DNA of 64,000 nt from Eledone cirrhosa. Its lineage: Eukaryota. Where the stretch lies: positions 147,436,001-147,500,000 of the forward strand of contig OZ024740.1 of the NCBI GenBank assembly GCA_964016885.1. The letters run 5' to 3'. Of the stretch, positions 1 through 13,718 are shown in pieces. Position 1 is the stretch's first letter; each line of letters opens with the position of its first letter. The notes beneath the pieces are model-generated. The model saw nothing but the letters and a program-made list of their open reading frames with translations. It did not search any database and was not told where the DNA came from. A program made the position numbers and the translations under genes.

Positions 1-222
1 TGATATAAATACAAATAGATTCATCTTCATTATTTTGTCTGCTTTTGATGTTGGCATGGGAGTTTTACTCACCTCCCCATCTCAAACTGATACTTATCAA
101 AATATAAACAAAACTTGTGACTGACAACATGTTTGTTTCCATTTTAATAAGTAGTATTCTATTATTATCAGCAGTCTGAGTCGGAAAGGTAAGTAAATTT
201 TGTAGAATTCATTATCATTTAA

Positions 223-1003
223 CATCCGAGAAGACTACGTTGGTATGGTCACGTGATGCACATGAAAGACGACAGTTGCATAAAAAAGTGCAAGGCGATC
301 AAAATTGATGGTAGTTACGGAGTAGGTAGACCCAGAAAAACCTGGGATGATCTGATAAATTCCGACCTTACACACATCTCTCTAAGACAATGTCTCTGGA
401 CCGAGATCTTTGGCGCTATGCAGTAATACAGAAGACTTGCCTTGCCTATGTACAAAGCGAAACCTAGTCAGTAGGCACCTCTTAACCAAATATACACCCC
501 AATCCACTACCCTATCCTCCCACCAACAGCATGAGATAATGAGATCGAGATCGTGTAGGTGTCACGACAAAAAACACACACAGTCCATGCTGTAATGTGG
601 CCGTGTAGGTAACACGGTAAAAAGTTCCCAGTTCTACACTGTAAAGTTAGACAGGAGTTGTCCCACTTGAGGCAAGGTTGGTCGGGTGACCGTGTCTCGC
701 TCAGGACTATCTGGCAGGTTTTCTACGGCTGGATGCCCTTCCTAACACCAACCACATTTACAGTGTGGATCTGGGAACTTTTTACCGTGTTACCTACACG
801 GCCACATTACAGCGTGGACTGTGTGTGTTTTTTGTCGTGACACCTACACGATCTCGATCTCATTAGGAAGGGCATCCAGCCGTAGAAAACCTGCCAGATA
901 GTCCTGAGCGAGACACGGTCACCCAACCAGCCTTGCCTCAATTGGGACAACTCCCGTCTAACCCATGCTAGCGTGGAAAATGGACGTTAAACGATGATGA
1001 TGA
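223..1003 (+). mobile_element. RTE-clade LINE 3' fragment with (ATG)n tail and internal inverted duplication
   Basis: RRLRWYGHVM...GRPRKTWDDLI C-terminus; 3' UTR shared with 8385-8730; ends GTTAAACGATGATGAT. Confidence 0.85.
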
Positions 1004-2097
1004 TCCATTTTTCCATGAATGTATGGTTGGGATGGCATAGCCTATTCAGGTAGGTCAATCAACACAGAATAATCCTGGGTAATTGTTGGCTTTGTGCCAA
1101 AAGTAGAAACAATTATCAAAAAATGAGATGACAAACTAGTAATCCATGTGTACTTAATCAGGCTATGTAATTAGATCCACAAGTGCCATGTTGGCAAAAT
1201 TTAAAAGTCAGTGTTCTCATCCTAAGTCGTTAAAAAGGTACCTGTGGATCTATTTTCACAGCAGGACTAAATATATATGAATTACATGTCTAAATCATCA
1301 TCATATTTTTCATGATGATGGCGATGGTCAAACATTTCCATTCAACTCAAATCCTTATATCAGGGTTAATGGTAAGAAGCATTGTTTCTCATTCACCCAA
1401 ACAGACCATTTGCTAGTTTGTTGAAATTCTGCTTCTATTGTATCTTCATTGCATAGTTCTTAAACTTACCTTCTGTAAAATATCAATTTGTCCCTCATTC
1501 TCTCCAACATTCTTTTCACTAACAAATTTATTTCCCCTGCCACCATACAATCTGTTCAAATATCTTTTCTCATTGTTTTTTTTTTTAATGTTTTACTTTC
1601 TGTATCCCCTTTGTTTCTTTATTTTCCATTTTCTCTCCTTTCATGTCTCTTCTTCTGCTAGCTAGCTTTCCAGAATATTTTTTTATTAAAAAAAAAAAAA
1701 AAAAAAAAAATCTTTATGAAGCTATCTAAGAGCTAGGTCACTACAAAATGTAAATGGCTAAGACACTTGTCACAACACAATTTACACAGTTACTAAGTAC
1801 AAAATCTCTTATTGCTTTAACCCCAAAAGGTAATTAATCCCTTCCATTATCCTCAAATATTACACTGCAGGGCTAGCTTCTATCTGAAGTAAACACTCCA
1901 AGCCTTTTCTTTCAAATGAGAACTATCCCCATCAATAAAAACATACATGATAATATCTATTCTCCCCCCAGTAACACAGACACAAAACGTTCTCATATGA
2001 GTAGTCAGAAACATCACCATATTACTGGCAGATGTTAACATGCTTAAGGTTCATCTCAACATATCAAAGTGGCTAATCTCAAAAAAATTAAATTCAC

Positions 2098-2196
2098 CTC
2101 TGTGGACTTTGTTGCTGTACCATCAATCCAGCTGTTTCTTGTAGATAAAGCTTCCAGTCTGGTTCAGTTACTTCCTGATCAACACTAAATGGATAT
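2098..2196 (-). CDS. RFC3: RFC3 exon 6 (99 bp); remaining exons lie left of the window
   Basis: YPFSVDQEVTEPDWKLYLQETAGLMVQQQSPQ; GTCAG acceptor, GTGAAT donor. No further RFC3 exon found in 1-2097. Confidence 0.93.
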
Positions 2197-2858
2197 CTGA
2201 CACAAAAAAAGTCATATTTGCAAGAATCAATATAAAGAATTATAATTCAGAATGAAATATTTATACTGATCCAAGACAGTCAAATTAAGAGAAGAAGCAT
2301 TCAAATGGCATAGCTATATGGCAAAAATATAAAATACCTACAGCACCTTTATTTGAATTTGTAAATGTCTAAAAAAAATAGCAATGGTTTTACAATAGCA
2401 TTTAAAAACAAAAAAAAAACAACAAAAAACAAGACCATAAGGAAAAGACATTTTATTTCTTGGTCAGCACATCCATTCATTATACATGAAACTCATGCTT
2501 TCGCTTTTATGCCATTAGTTGATAAATGAATCCTGGTGACTTCCTTGAGAAGTGCTATATGCTTCTCATGGAAAAAAATGTTTTTGAGTGTTTTTTACAG
2601 GACACCTTATCTGTTAAATACAGACAACTTCACCAGAGCTGTTACAGCACTTAGAAGGTAAAGAGACAGAACAATTACTGCAAAGTTTTTTCTCCAAAGT
2701 TCTAACAATTCAGCCATAACACTACCTTATATTGAAACTTTATTTTAATGATCATGGAAGGATGAAAGGCAAAGTTGACATCAACAGGATTTGAACTCAG
2801 AGTGCATTTTACTGATGGTCTAACAATCTTGCCATGTCAGCACCCTATAACCTCTTAA

Positions 2859-5414
2859 CCCTTTAGCATTCACATTGAATTGTCAAATGTCATGTTCATC
2901 TATTCGCATTATTTTCACTTAATTATACTCAAGAGGGTTATCAATTTTATTTGTTTGTAATTACTTTAATTTTCTATGTGCAGACTTGAAATTTTGTCAG
3001 TAGATGTTTAAAGAACTATAATTTACAATTATATATTTTTACCTGATTTTTTTTTGTTAAATTTGACTTTTATGGGCAGGTGAAATTAATTAACAGGTGT
3101 AAAAGTAATAACTTTATGGATAAACACAAACATTTAAACTTTATCTGCCTTACCTGTTAGATTTGTTGCAAAAAAAATCCAATAATGATCTAGATGCTGA
3201 TTTCCATCAATTCTAGCAGTTTTCCGAACAGGTGAATTAATTAAAAATGCAGGTGTAATCAGTACAAGGTTTTAGTCTTTCTCTACATTCCAGGCAAATA
3301 TTTTCATTGAAAAAAAAATGTATAAAACCTTTTCACCAGTCAAAATAATATTGGCAATGTACTCTTACACAATGTACGGTGTACGGTGTAAAATTACGTA
3401 ACAGAATGTTCCCAATATATAAGTTCATTAACAGGTGTGTCACAGGTGAATGCAGGTGTTTTTGTATATGTGTGCTAATATATTTTTAAAATATTGTTTT
3501 CAATATTGTCAGACAATATTTCTATCGTGATACTGCCCAAAGCACCCTTTACATAATGGCACTTTGCAAAAGGAACACATAAATAGGGTTTGGATTGTGT
3601 AACCTTTAACAGTTTTTCTCTTTTGCAAAGAGCACAATCGGCAAACCTTCCTCCTACCATCAATTCTCTCCACTTTATGAAAATTAATATTTTCTTTGTG
3701 GACCACTGCTAATTTTGATTTTTTCCCAGCTTTGTGTTTGCGAGAAGTATATCCTCCACGTAGCTGGGATGCAATGTCCACGCGAAATTACATGTGGCAG
3801 TAGTCCTTTGGTGGTGGCGGATCCTTGTGGCTTTTAGTAAATACAATAAAAGAATTCACAATGGTTAAATTCACTAAAAACCACAAGATGCATCTCCACT
3901 ATTTCTTTCCAGAGCGTCCAACTGGGTAATACGCGCAATATTGGTTGGATTTGTCAACCCCACCCATATATTTATTATAGGAGAGGTTAACTAAAGGTCT
4001 ACCCTCAGCCCCAACACCTGGTTGTTGGTTAGAATTCAGGAACAAAATTTGCCGTTTGTCTTTGAACACTGTGGCTAACATGTTCTCTTTTTGCATTTGG
4101 AGAATGTCTCCTCTGTTTTTTAGTTTCGCAACTTTTATTTCTTGGGGTAGCCCTTTCCGATTGCTCATTATTGTGCCACAGGTGTATGTATTTACAAGGG
4201 CAAGATCCTCTGCTAAAAGCACCGAAGAAAAAAAAACGGTCAAAATAAATATGTCTGTGTTGAAAGTGGAAGGGTTGAGTCAGCGACCACACAACATCGT
4301 AACCCAACCCGTGTTTTCTCTCTCCGTTAAGTTTTTTTCCTGTGTAAACATCAAAGTTTACACAGTATCCCGTGTCCGATTCACAGTTCCCACACTTTGA
4401 TGCCCCATTTGGTGGGTTTAGCTGGCATATACTGTCTGAAATGAACCCTACCCTTATACCCAATCATAGCTTCATCAACACTAAGATTTTTTCCAGGTAT
4501 ATACATACTTTTAAATTTTTCTGTCAACATTTCAATTAATGGTCGTACTTTGTACAGTGGGTCGTAATTCGATTCATTTCTACCAGGGGCATTTGTAGTA
4601 TCAACCAGATGCAAATACTGGTTTAATTTTATAAATCTCGTTTTTGCCATAATACTAGATATATAAGGGTCACCAAACCTTATATCAGTACTCCAATAAT
4701 TCCACAGTCGTGGAAATTGTTTAATACCAAACAATGTTTATGGTAAAAAACGCTTTCATTTCGGCAGAATCTGTCGGACGCCATAACAGATCGGGTTTTC
4801 CTCGATTAGAAATTTGTTGTTGTGCATAGTGATTTGTCTCTTCTGCCACAACTTCGAAGAAAGTTTGTGGTAGAAATAAAAAAAAATAATCCAGTACTTT
4901 AGCATCGGGTGGTAATGTGTGTTGTGGTCCAGTATTTTCATTAAAATCCGAAACATGTATCGGTGTTGTTTCTTTCAACCACGTTGGTGTTTTTTCAATG
5001 GTGTCAGATATATCTTCGCTTTCACTTTCAAAGTGACTATCATCATCATCATCAGATATATCAGAAATAAATATATCTGATTCATTTAAAGATAAATCAC
5101 TGATATTATCTTCTGTTTCTTTTTTATCTTGAATGTCGTAGGATGTAAAACCTTCAAATTCGTTGTCGCTACTTTCGGAAGCCATGTTACAATTTCAAAG
5201 TTAAAAACACGTGTTATCGCAAGGTCTTTAACTATAATAAGAGTTAATTTTCGCGCATAAGGGCTTTATCTCGCTGTAATCTCGAATTGACGAGATTTTG
5301 ATGATGTCAATGTTTATTTTTAGAAGGAGATCTACGTGTCGTTGGAAATGTCGGTTTGAATAAATGAAAGGGGACATAATCTTGTCGGTTTTTGTCGCTT
5401 TGAACGCTAAAGGG
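2859..5414 (-). mobile_element. piggyBac DNA transposon in RFC3 intron 5
   Basis: TTAA at 2855-2858 and 5415-5418; 14-bp TIRs CCCTTTAGC(A/G)TTCA. Confidence 0.95.
3509..5185 (-). pseudogene. piggyBac (PGBD4-like) transposase, frameshifted
   Basis: Acidic N-terminus; DPLYKVRP, SVDEAM, KPTKWGIK, YNKYMGGVD; C-terminal Cys-rich domain; split across 5-6 ORFs. Confidence 0.9.
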
Positions 5415-5489
5415 TTAAGTGGAAAAAGAAAAAAAATAGCAATTATAAAGGATTCCCCAAGAAATTAAGAATTAATCTCCTCTTCCACT

Positions 5490-5790
5490 TATTACTGAGA
5501 GGGTTGTGGGAACAAAGTCCTCAAGCATGCCTTCCAGCAGGACCTGTCAGAAGCAACCATCTCCAATCGATCTGGTTGGATTCTCAAGTGAGACCAGCCA
5601 AGCTCATGGATGTTATCCAAACATCTTGTTCAAGGTCTACTCCTGGGTCTCCTGCCAGTTGGTTTAGCCTGTAAAATCTGTCCAGTGATTCTCTCCTTAG
5701 ACATGTCTGTAATATCAGAGCTGTGATTTCTCAATTTGGGATGTAGTAGCTCTAACTTGAGCGAATCTCTGATCTTTGAGCTGTGCAATC
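5490..5790 (-). mobile_element. RTE-like LINE 3' fragment
   Basis: ILQAKPTGRRPRSRP; same family as 16130-16496. Confidence 0.7.
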
Positions 5791-6388
5791 TAATCATCAT
5801 CATCATTTTACGTCCGCTTTTCCTTGCTTGCAAGGGTGGGACTACAAACAGCCGAAATGAGGTTCTCCAAAGGGTCTTTGTAGTAATGTTATTCGATTGA
5901 AGAATGAAGCTCTCAAAATAAATTTCTATCCTCAGGGGAAGAAAAGTCTGATCTTTCTTTACAAGTAAGGACAAATATGGACTAGACCTGATTAGTATAG
6001 CCTATCTAACCCTGGATAAACATTTTAGCTTCTACCAGAATGTACTATTTATGCTCCCCTTAAAAGTAATAATAACATGAGTGTTTTACTGGATTGAACT
6101 AAAAGCTGCACTCTGGTACTGTGATAATGGATAATGGTTTCCTTCAATTTTGGAGAAGAAGAAAAATAAGGGGCTGTTCCCAAAGACAAGTCATCAAGAA
6201 ATAAAAAAAACAGCAAATCAATATTAGATTGTAGACTTGGCTTCCAACAAATTACTTTTAATGTGCTTTTGTATGAGATGGCAGGGGTTAACCGAATGAA
6301 TATTACTTTTAACTATTTTATTGACCATGAGATGAGTAGTAAAATTGACACCATGAGGTTTGACCACAGAATAAAAATATTAACTTAC

Positions 6389-6525
6389 TGTTGGACTTTG
6401 CAAGCTTCACACATGAGAAGTGCTCTTCTCAAATTTCTCTCACTGACTACTGATATTTTTTTGGCAAGTTCTATTGGCAATGTAAGGCCTTCTTTTTTAC
6501 ATACCAACTGCAACACTCGACAGAT
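6389..6525 (-). CDS. RFC3: RFC3 exon 5 (137 bp)
   Basis: ICRVLQLVCKKEGLTLPIELAKKISVVSERNLRRALLMCEACKVQ; TGCAG acceptor, GTAAGT donor. Confidence 0.95.
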
Positions 6526-7027
6526 CTGCATTAGAAGATTTTATAAAGAAATTCAGTTACTTATCATCATCCTCAGTTATCAATTTAAAGAATTAGAAGA
6601 GTCCTTGTACATATTTTTATATGTATGTAAGGCTTAGTCGAGCTACTTCAGTCAATGTTTTATTTAACTTACCCAAGAGGGCTGACCACAGGTTAAACAA
6701 CACTGCAGATAAGAATGACAAAATATGCACAATTTGTTTTTCATAGTTTGAAAAGGTGCATTGTGTCCACAGTTTTAAGTCCTTTTAGACTAAAGGGATA
6801 AGGGATAATCTAGTTATCACCATCATCATCGTTTAACATCCATTTTCCACGCTAGCATGTTTAATAGTTGGTGAGACCATATGAGTGAAGGGAGGTCATA
6901 CAGAGATGGAGTTATATAGGAAGAAGGAATGCAGAGTATGTTGTAAAATAGAGGTGAGAGACAATGAGTGTGATGAGAAGGAAAGAACACATTAAACACA
7001 ATTATAGTAATTTTAAATAAAGCTAAC

Positions 7028-7209
7028 CTCGTCAACAGTAGGTGCTGGTACTCGGATTCCAAGACAACGGCTTTTTATGGCAGGAATGACTTTACTTGAA
7101 GAGTTGCAGATAAGGATGATCCGGCATGTTGCCATATATTTCTCCATTGTTCGTCGAAGAGCATGCTGAGCATCTTTTGTTAAGCGGTCAACTTCAGTGA
7201 GGACAACAA
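7028..7209 (-). CDS. RFC3: RFC3 exon 4 (182 bp), Walker B / SRC region
   Basis: [61 protein letters not shown]; TTCAG acceptor, GTTAGC donor. Confidence 0.96.
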
Positions 7210-8384
7210 CTGAAATACATACAATTTAAATAAGAATAACTGAGCAAAAAAGATGACGATGATAACACTGATGACGATCACCATCCTTTAACGTTTATAT
7301 TTCCTGCTACCAAGGGTTGGATGAGTTGGCACAAACCATGTCTGTATCTAATCAAAAGTACTGAACTCTTTGAAAGGAGGTGGAGGGGTGGGCATCTACA
7401 GAGTGCACTGGATGCATTATCATTGCACTAGCACTAAAGAAGTTATATCTTTGACATAAATTTTCTATGGTTGGATGCCATTCCTATTACCCACTAACTA
7501 CTTTATAGAGTGTACTGGGTACATTTTATCATGTTACCAAACATTAGAAAGATTGTTGTGCTCTTAACATAACTGAAAAGTCTTCTTCATCTTTTGTTTG
7601 GCAAATTTTCTACAACTGGATGTTCTTCCTATCACAAACTACTATAGAGTGTACTGGATGCATTTTGTTGTCACCAACACTAGAATGGTTGTTGTGCCCT
7701 TGACAAAACTGAAGAGTCCACTCAACATTTTTTAGCCTGATGATGATTATTGCTGTTAGTTACAATAATTATTCTACTCACACTTTCTTGCATATATACG
7801 GGTCCAATAATGTGCCACTTTCTTATTTCAGTTTATCAAATATAAAAACACTCTTGTTTTATATAACCAAACAATTAATGGGAGGAAAAACCAACCTTTA
7901 TGTTAAGGGTAGAGAGGGTCTTTAGTCATGTTGAGGACTTGCTACAATAAAATGCACTTACAACACTGTAAAGTAGATGGGGTCAGAAAGGGTATCCAGC
8001 CAAAGAAACTATGCCAAATTTTGGAATGTATGAGGACAGTAACTCTAAATAAGTACTGACTTAGACTGTGACATCCTATCTAACCTATGCCAAAATAGAA
8101 AGTATGTGTAAAATGATGGTAGGTGGGTGAACGAGTATGTACAAATGCATATCATTTCACATTTGCTAGCACAGGTTGGATATATATGTATATAGAATAA
8201 GAAAACGTGAAGTAGTTGTAGATGTAACCTTATGCAATGAAGCTGTCTATGAGATCATGACACTGGTTCCATGAAATCACATGGCCACTGTTGTCACCAT
8301 TTTCTTATTCTAAATATACTCAGACATTCCTATTTGGAAAAAGAACAGAGTGCTTGAATTGAATTGCATCAATGTTTACTGTAA

Positions 8385-9622
8385 TCATCATCATCATCAA
8401 CGTTTAACGTCCGTGTTCCACGCTTGCATGGGTTTGGACGGGGGTAGTCCCACTTGAGGCAAGAGTGATTGTCTTGCTCGCATAGGACTGTCTGGCAGGT
8501 TTTCTACAGTTGGATGCCCTTCCTAACACCAACCACATTTACAGTGTGGGTCTGGGAGGTTTTTACCGTGTTGCCTACACGGCCACATTACAGTGTGGAC
8601 TGTGTGTTTTTTGTCGTGACACCTACCCGATCTCATTTGTTTCGGCCTGGATGGCGCGGCACCAACATAACTTCACATAGAACGGGGCGGTGTGGATGGG
8701 GTGGGGGTGGTGGCGGGACGGGGTGTATTTTGTTAGAGATGCCTACTGGCAAGGCAGGTCTTCTCTGTTACTGAGTACCGCCAAAGGTCTCGGTCCAGTG
8801 ACATTGTCTTGGAGAGGTGTAAGTGTGTGAGGTCGGAGTTTATCAGCTCGTCCCAGGTTTTTCTAGGTCTGCCTATTCCGTGGCTACCGTCTATCTTTAT
8901 TGCCCTGCACTTTGTTATACAGCTATCGACTTTCATGCGCATCACGTGTCCATACCAACATAGCCTTCTCTCGAGTAAACAACATCTGATCCCTCTTATC
9001 TCTAATTTTTTCCTTAGTTCGTTTATGCTTTGCCGTTCACGTATATTACTGTTACACATCCAGCGGAGCATGCAAGCTTCGTTCCTCTCTAGTCTGCGTA
9101 TATCCTCTGCACACAATGCCCAGGTCTCACTGCCATGCAACATTGCTGTTCGTATGCAGGCATCGTACAACCTGCCTTTCATTTTTAGGGAGAACCCTTT
9201 AGCAGCTAATAGTGGTATAAGCTCTCTGAACTTTTTCCAACCAGTTCTGACTCTAGCTACAGTACTTTCAGAGCACCCTCCCCCACTGCTGATTTTATCG
9301 CCCAGGTAACGGAAGCTGTCCACTATTTCTATAGAACCCTCTGCGCAATTGAAAGAGCTAGTATTTTGTGGGCACTTGCTGCTACTTATTGCACCAGAAC
9401 ACCGGCCACATGTAAAATCTATGTTCTTAGTTAGCTTACCTGTGATCCCACTACATCTTTTATGCACCCATACTTTGCATTTAGGACATAAAATGGAGTT
9501 TCTACCTACGCCTTTCCTACACACCGAGCACGACCATTTCCCAGAAGGGACCGCCGCCTTGTTTTCTTTCCTACAAACTAGAACTTTGGTCTTAGCCAGG
9601 TTAATTTTAAGTCCTTTTGACT
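8385..9622 (-). mobile_element. RTE-clade LINE, 5'-truncated
   Basis: ORF 8733-9524: PHD-like Cys cluster, FRYLG, LHGSETW, WYGHV, GRPRKTW; (ATG)n tail at about 8385-8398. Confidence 0.9.
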
Positions 9623-9637
9623 AGTATATAAATAAAT

Positions 9638-11970
9638 CATCATCACCGTTTTACATCCATTCTTGCACGCTAGCATGGGTTAGACAGGTTGTCCTGTTGT
9701 GGGCAGTGCCTGGTTGGCTGACCTTGTCTTGCTCATACAGAAACTGATTTTGGCTTATTTCTACAGCTGGATGCCCTTCCTAACACCAACCTCATTTACA
9801 GTGAGTGCTGGGTGGCTTTTTTCTGTGGCACCTCCACGACCACTTTACAGTGTGGGCTGGGTGCTATTTTGCTGTGACACCTCCACGACCACTTTGCAGT
9901 GGGAGGGGGTGGGGGCATATTGTCTATATGCTTCAGTTTCGGCTTGTACCCGTGGGAAGTCGGGTCTTCTGTATTACTGCACGACGCCAGAGGTCTTGGT
10001 CCTGAGTCATCACCTTGGAGAGGTGCAATTGGGTAAGGTCGACTTTTATCACCTCATCCCAGGTCTTCTTGGGTCTCCCCACTCTACGGCTTCCATCAAC
10101 TTCTAGTGCTCTGCACCTTTTTATGCAGCTGTCATCCTTTATACGCATCACATGTCAATACCAACGTAACCTCCTCTCCTGCACACAGCATTTGATTCCT
10201 CTTATGCTCAGTCTCTCTCACAATTTGTTTATACTTTGCCATTCGCGTATATTACTATTACACATCCATCGGAGCATGCAAGCTTCGTTTCTTTCTAATC
10301 TACGCAAGTCTTCTACACAGAACACCCAGGTCTCACTACTATGTAACATTGTTGTTCGTATACACGCATCATACAGTCTGCCTTTCATTTTGAGGGAAAA
10401 GCCTTTTGCAGCTAGCAGTGGCTCCCTCAACTTCTTCCATCCCGTTCTTACCCTAGTTATTATACTTTCCGAACACCTACATCTGTTGCTAATTCGGTCA
10501 CCTAGGTAGCAAAAGCTGTCTACTGTTTCTACAGACCCCTCCCAGAGTTTGATGGTGTTTGTTTCTTGTGGCCGTTTGCTGCTTGCCGTCCCAGTGCAGC
10601 CGCTACATGTAAAGCCTATATTCTTAGTTAAGCTTCCTGAGATCCCACTACACCAGATTATAGCACGGGGCGCTCTGTCGAAGGCTTTTTCCAGATCGAC
10701 AAATGCCAGGTAGAGTGGCTTACTTTTAGCTAGGTACTTTTCTTGTAACTGCCTCACAAGGAAGAGGGCATCAGTGGTGCCTTTTCCTGGCACAAACCCA
10801 AATTGCATCTCATCTAGTTTTACCCAGTCCCTAATCAACTCTGCTATATATAACTCTTTCCGTTACTTTTATGACCTGGTCCATCAGCTTTATACCTCTA
10901 TCTAGTGCATCACCTGTACCCTTGTAGCAGTTGACAATGATGCTGCTGCACCAATCCTTTGGTACGACACCCTCTAGTATTATCTGGTTAACAATACGTG
11001 TGGTTATGGTGTGATCTACTGACCCAGATGCTTTCAGCATCTCGGCAGCTATACCCGATGGACCGGTTGCCTTCCCAGTCTTCATATCTTTAATTGCCTT
11101 ACTACACTGCTGCTGACTTATACTGTTCGCCCCTCTATAGGGTCTCTTTCTCCCATGACAAGATATGATGCCTATTCACAAAATTTCAGCAAATTTCAAT
11201 AATATTAAGACACCCTAATGGGGGTTAAACTCCCTATAGTGAAAATTTTGGCCAATAAATGGAACAAGATTTCACAAACTCCTATAGTTTTGGAGATAGA
11301 CCCCATATAAACCATATATATTCTGAAACTACATTGCCCAGGGTACTTGGATAAGTATATTTTATTGTAATCAAAGGGTTCTCCAGGGGCACAAAACCCC
11401 CGTTGAAAATGTTTTCCCTTCGATTTATATGAAATTTAAACCATAGGTAAATGATAAGATATGATGCCTATTCATAAAATTTCAGCAAATTTCAATAATA
11501 TTAAGACACCCTAAAGGGGGGGGGGTTCTATTCTTCGCCTTATAACAACATTCAACTTCTGACAAAACATTTTTTCGCCTGACCAATGCAATCAACAATA
11601 TTTGTTTGTATTATTGTTTCATAAATGAATTTGTCCTCGCTTTTCATTATCTGTCCTATATTTTGATTTCATTTTTGGTCTGAGAGGCACTGGGCATTTT
11701 AATGGGAACTGGGAATACCCCTGCTAGTCTTTCATAATGGCGCTTCCACGCATCTTTCTTCTCAGCACTTCTGAGGGCAGGATCACCTTTATCATTCCAG
11801 ACACACTTCTCTCCAATGACATCACAATTTTCTCTAACACACTGCCTCGCAATCCTGAACCCCTCCTGTTTCTGGTCCTCACGCTGCAAAACATGCTTGA
11901 ATTTTCTATCCTCCGCTTCCCTTCTCGCTAAGTATACTTGTCGCCTAGCTTCCCTCCTGGTCTCTATGTA
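9638..11970 (-). mobile_element. RTE-clade LINE, internally deleted and interrupted
   Basis: QFGFVPGKGTTDA, AFVDLEKAFDR, GKATGPSGI; RT motifs 4-7 deleted; interrupted at about 11157-11727. Confidence 0.88.
11157..11727 (+). mobile_element. Non-autonomous Helitron-family fragment inserted in RTE
   Basis: Reverse-complement match to 27620-27990; ends in CTAG at 11724-11727 but lacks the terminal hairpin. Confidence 0.65.
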
Positions 11971-12036
11971 ATGTACTCTTCTTCCCTATATATATAGATG
12001 TGTGTGTGTGTGTGTGAGAAAAAGAGAGTGACCCAC

Positions 12037-12134
12037 CTTTAAAATCACGTTGAGAATTTACATCTAACTGATTGACCTCAGCAATTGACTTAATAAGCTC
12101 CTGTATGACAACACGGTCCTGCACACCAACATCA
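12037..12134 (-). CDS. RFC3: RFC3 exon 3 (98 bp)
   Basis: Hand translation (S)DVGVQDRVVIQELIKSIAEVNQLDVNSQRDFK; ATCAG acceptor, GTGGGT donor. Confidence 0.93.
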
Positions 12135-12674
12135 CTGATAAGCAGAAAAGTGAGAGAACAAAGAAACTGTATAAGAAAAGTTAAATTGATGATAAAACAA
12201 GTAGCGACTGTGTAGAGGAATATATATCAAAATTGTTTCGTTATTAAAAAGATTGGAGTTAGAAAGGGTGTGCAGTCATAAAACACTGCCTCAAAATGTC
12301 TCATCTAACCCTGTGGATGTAAAATAAATAAAAATAATGATGATTGGTTAAGTGTTTAGAATAAAATCTGCAAACCAGGACAAAGTAATCATAATCTAAA
12401 CCTTCAAAAATGTTTTTCTCTAAAATTTCATTAAAATTTATGCATTATTATGAAAGTTATGGAGAAACAAATTCGAGCAGGTACTAAACTGTAGTCATAC
12501 CAGTAACAAAAGGTTGCTTGGGCTCACTCACAAATTCTGTGTGTAAATGTTGAATTATTTTCCTTTGTTCACCCTCTTCTCTTAATAGTGCATATTAAGT
12601 AAACAATAAATTGAAAGTGATTTTTTTCTTTCTGATTATTTATTTTTGCAGACACTATAATTACATTGTTTTTA

Positions 12675-13430
12675 TCATATGCATCATTTTTACGTCCGCT
12701 TTTCCATGCTTGCATGGGTTGGATGGGTCCTTCTCAGCATGGCATCTCTCCACTTGTCACATTCCTTTATCATTTCCTCTGCAAGTCTTATCGATTTGAG
12801 GTCTGCTCTCACAATCTCTGCCGAGCTCTTTCTTGATCATTCCACTGGGATTTCCTGGTATTTCTTCACCCATCGGTCATTGTCCATGCGCATCACATGT
12901 CCACATCAACGCAGTCTTCTCTCCTGCACTCGGCCTCCCCTTAAATCTAGCTTCTCCCTCAGCTCATCCAACCTCTGCCTTTCTCAAACATTTACATTGC
13001 ACATTTTTCTCCAGTCTACACATATCCTCTGCTGTCAATGTATTTTTATTGATAATTTGTGTTTTATTAAATTTTAAAGGGATTCTTTGTGTAGACTTTA
13101 GGTATTGATTGAGTGTATAGAATGAACTGTCTCTAATCATCACCATCACACATCCGCTTTTTTGCGTTTGTATGTGTTAGACAAATCTTCTCCGGCACAA
13201 CATCTCTCCACTTGTCGCGGTCCTTTGTCATCTCTGCGAGCTTCAGCATTTTGAATGGACTGTTTAAGTGGTTGAGTATGTGTGTATATGTGTGACATCT
13301 GAACGAGTATCCTCCACCGCCAAACTATCTTACCCTCCACCCCTGGCCGAGAGGATGGAGAGTACACTGTCCTGAAGGATGGCTAGGGAGATGCGCTGAG
13401 CCAGCCACTCCACCCCGTGGGACTAGCATT
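12675..13430 (-). mobile_element. Short RTE-derived pieces
   Basis: RTE C-terminal remnant and 3' tails at about 12680 and 13136; GC-rich leader-like segment 13310-13430. Confidence 0.55.
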
Positions 13431-13718
13431 TTAGCAATGAACAAAAATTGACTTTCACAGGTTCTATAAATCATAATCACTTACTTATTTTAAATGGTTC
13501 CTATTTAAATTAAAATGTTCCAATATAATTTGATATACCTTTTGTTCAGTTATGTTACAAATATCATCTTAATGAAAACATTTTAGTAAATTTCTTAAAG
13601 TTCTTCATTCATTAATTCAAATGCAGTATATTTTATTAGAAATATGATAATGAAAGGGTTAAAAAACAAAACGATTAGTGAAAATGAGACGAGATTTAAA
13701 AAAAATTACTTGTCTCAC

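Noticed and set aside
5186-5414. RFC3-piggyBac fusion by exon trapping, as in CSB-PGBD3
   Set aside because: Orientation fits, but there is no clear acceptor just upstream of the ATG and the transposase is frameshifted.
13310-13430. HDV-like ribozyme in an RTE leader (and hairpins in the Tx1 5' UTR near 33750-33825)
   Set aside because: Hairpins are present, but a convincing nested double pseudoknot could not be built by eye.
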